Shown in pieces: positions 62,124-64,000 of a stretch of 64,000 nucleotides of DNA. This stretch comes from Mytilus californianus. Taxonomy: Eukaryota. A program made the translations under genes and the position numbers. Position 1 is the first letter of the stretch. Each line of letters begins with the position of its first letter. The notes under the pieces are model-generated. The model did no database searches. It had not been told where the DNA came from and worked only from the letters and a program-made list of their open reading frames with translations. The stretch is from positions 18,166,001 through 18,230,000 of the forward strand of contig NW_026262745.1 in assembly GCF_021869535.1 (NCBI RefSeq), written 5' to 3'.

Positions 62124-64000
62124 AGGTGAAATTCAGGAAATATTGAATTTGTACTTTGACAACTTCCCTGAATGATCTATTGGTATTAATTTGTCAAACT
62201 ACATGAGAATAAATGATTTCCACTTTTATTTGATAGAAATTTTGTAAAAAAGTGACATTTCAGCCTACATGCCCAAAATTGAACTTTTTCAGTTGTTTCA
62301 ATATTTTTACAAAAGTAGCATGCTTACTTTCTCTCTCACAGGTTTTTCTTGATTTTCTACTTGTGTTTGTGGTATCTAATGTAGATGTTTAACTCATTTT
62401 TGAACACTAAACATACAAAAAAAGTAGATAAAATCAGAATAAGAGTGCAAAATGTGCTGCTTTAATGGTCCTAGTCTAACGGTCAGTATGAAGCAAGTGA
62501 AAAATGAGGTTCTATGCACATACAAGTTGAATTCCTTTTAGCAGATTTCACTGAAACTGTATCAAAAGCACTTATTACTGGTTGTTTTACCTTGTCTGTT
62601 TCACAGACTACCTTTATTTTCTTTTGTTTGATAGCTAGTGGTTAAAATATTGGCCTTTTGAGGCTGAAATTTCATGCCGGTTTTAAAAAGTAAAGTAAAT
62701 AACTTTGCATTAGATCATACTGTCTACATATATAGTTGAAAGTGACAGTCTTGTTACATCCAGGCTCCATGTTTTATCATATCTGAGCAAAGATTTGAGC
62801 AAAAAGAAGCATATCTTCATCTCCCATATCATTTATATGCTTTTTAATATGCAAATGTGGGGAAAGACCTAAATTGACAACCTGTTTTTTTAAGCTTGAC
62901 ATTGCTGAAGACCATTTTATTCACATGTGTTATGCTATTTGAAACTTATATTTCCATTTAAAGTACATTTATAACATGTAAAAGGTTTTTTTATAACTTA
63001 GCAACTTCAGAAAATTGTGGTAAGTGAAAAATATTACATTGCATATAAGGCCTCACTTCATTTGAAAACCTCTATTTTTTGGCACAGGCCCATATGATAT
63101 TTACTTCTGGCCATTTTTTATAAGTCTGAAACATGAAGTATGCTATCTGTTGCTTTTAATAGGTGATAACTTATACATAGAGACATTAAAAAGTGTAAGT
63201 TTTGGTATATTTTGGTTTTTAGAAGCCCAAATTTGATAGTTGTAATTATTCTAATTCAACGCCACAATTCAGCACCCAAAGTTCAGATATAAAAAATGCC
63301 ACAATTTTTATAATTGGTATCATATGGCTTTGAAACTTTGTAAACTGTTTCATAATATACTAAGCTTAAATCATACCAAGTTTTATTAGAATTGGTCAAG
63401 GTTTAGACCCCTAATAGGTGAAATTCAGGAAATATTGAATTTGTACTTTGACAACTTCCCTGAATGATCTATTGGTATTAATTTGTCAAACTACATGAGA
63501 ATAAATGATTTCCACTTTTATTTGATAGAAATTTTGTAAAAAAGTGACATTTCAGCCTACATGCCCAAAATTGAACTTTTTCAGTTGTTTCAATATTTTT
63601 ACAAAAGTAGCATGCTTACTTTCTCTCTCACAGGTTTTTCTTGATTTTCTACTTGTGTTTGTGGTATCTAATGTAGATGTTTAACTCATTTTTGAACACT
63701 AAACATACAAAAAAAGTAGATAAAATCAGAATAAGAGTGCAAAATGTGCTGCTTTAATGGTCCTAGTCTAACGGTCAGTATGAAGCAAGTGAAAAATGAG
63801 GTTCTATGCACATACAAGTTGAATTCCTTTTAGCAGATTTCACTGAAACTGTATCAAAAGCACTTATTACTGGTTGTTTTACCTTGTCTGTTTCACAGAC
63901 TACCTTTATTTTCTTTTGTTTGATAGCTAGTGGTTAAAATATTGGCCTTTTGAGGCTGAAATTTCATGCCGGTTTTAAAAAGTAAAGTAAATAACTTTGC
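62124..64000. repeat. Apparently identical direct repeat, 1292-bp period, running off the window end
   Basis: aggtgaaattcaggaaatattg...aaataactttgc at 62124-62708 and 63416-64000. Confidence 0.9.

Overview
AT-rich, intron-containing animal genomic DNA. The repeat content points to a bivalve mollusc, probably a Mytilus mussel (inference). Host genes: a spliced HSPA12-like Hsp70 gene (+, exons ~4377-10630); an intronless opsin-like class A GPCR lacking the retinal lysine (-, 14540-16021); an intronless peptide-receptor-like GPCR (+, 27979-29097); and a decayed paralogue of it (+, ~40875-43551). The rest is largely layered mobile DNA. Three signals stand out. (1) A Penelope-like (Naiad-type) retroelement (-, ~44260-47340) has two in-frame TGA codons at apparent cysteine positions and a well-formed type 2 SECIS in its 3' UTR, so it looks like a selenoprotein-encoding retrotransposon. 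(2) Tandem ~350-nt units each carry a type I hammerhead ribozyme with a palindromic helix III (non-LTR retrozyme, 39335-40169; older dimer at ~60790-61330). (3) A 7.6-kb TATGG...CCATA element with a 6-bp TSD (IS3EU-like) holds a nest of Ginger-, Crypton-, CACTG- and LINE-type insertions. No rRNA, tRNA or CRISPR array was found. All calls were made by eye; no database search was run.
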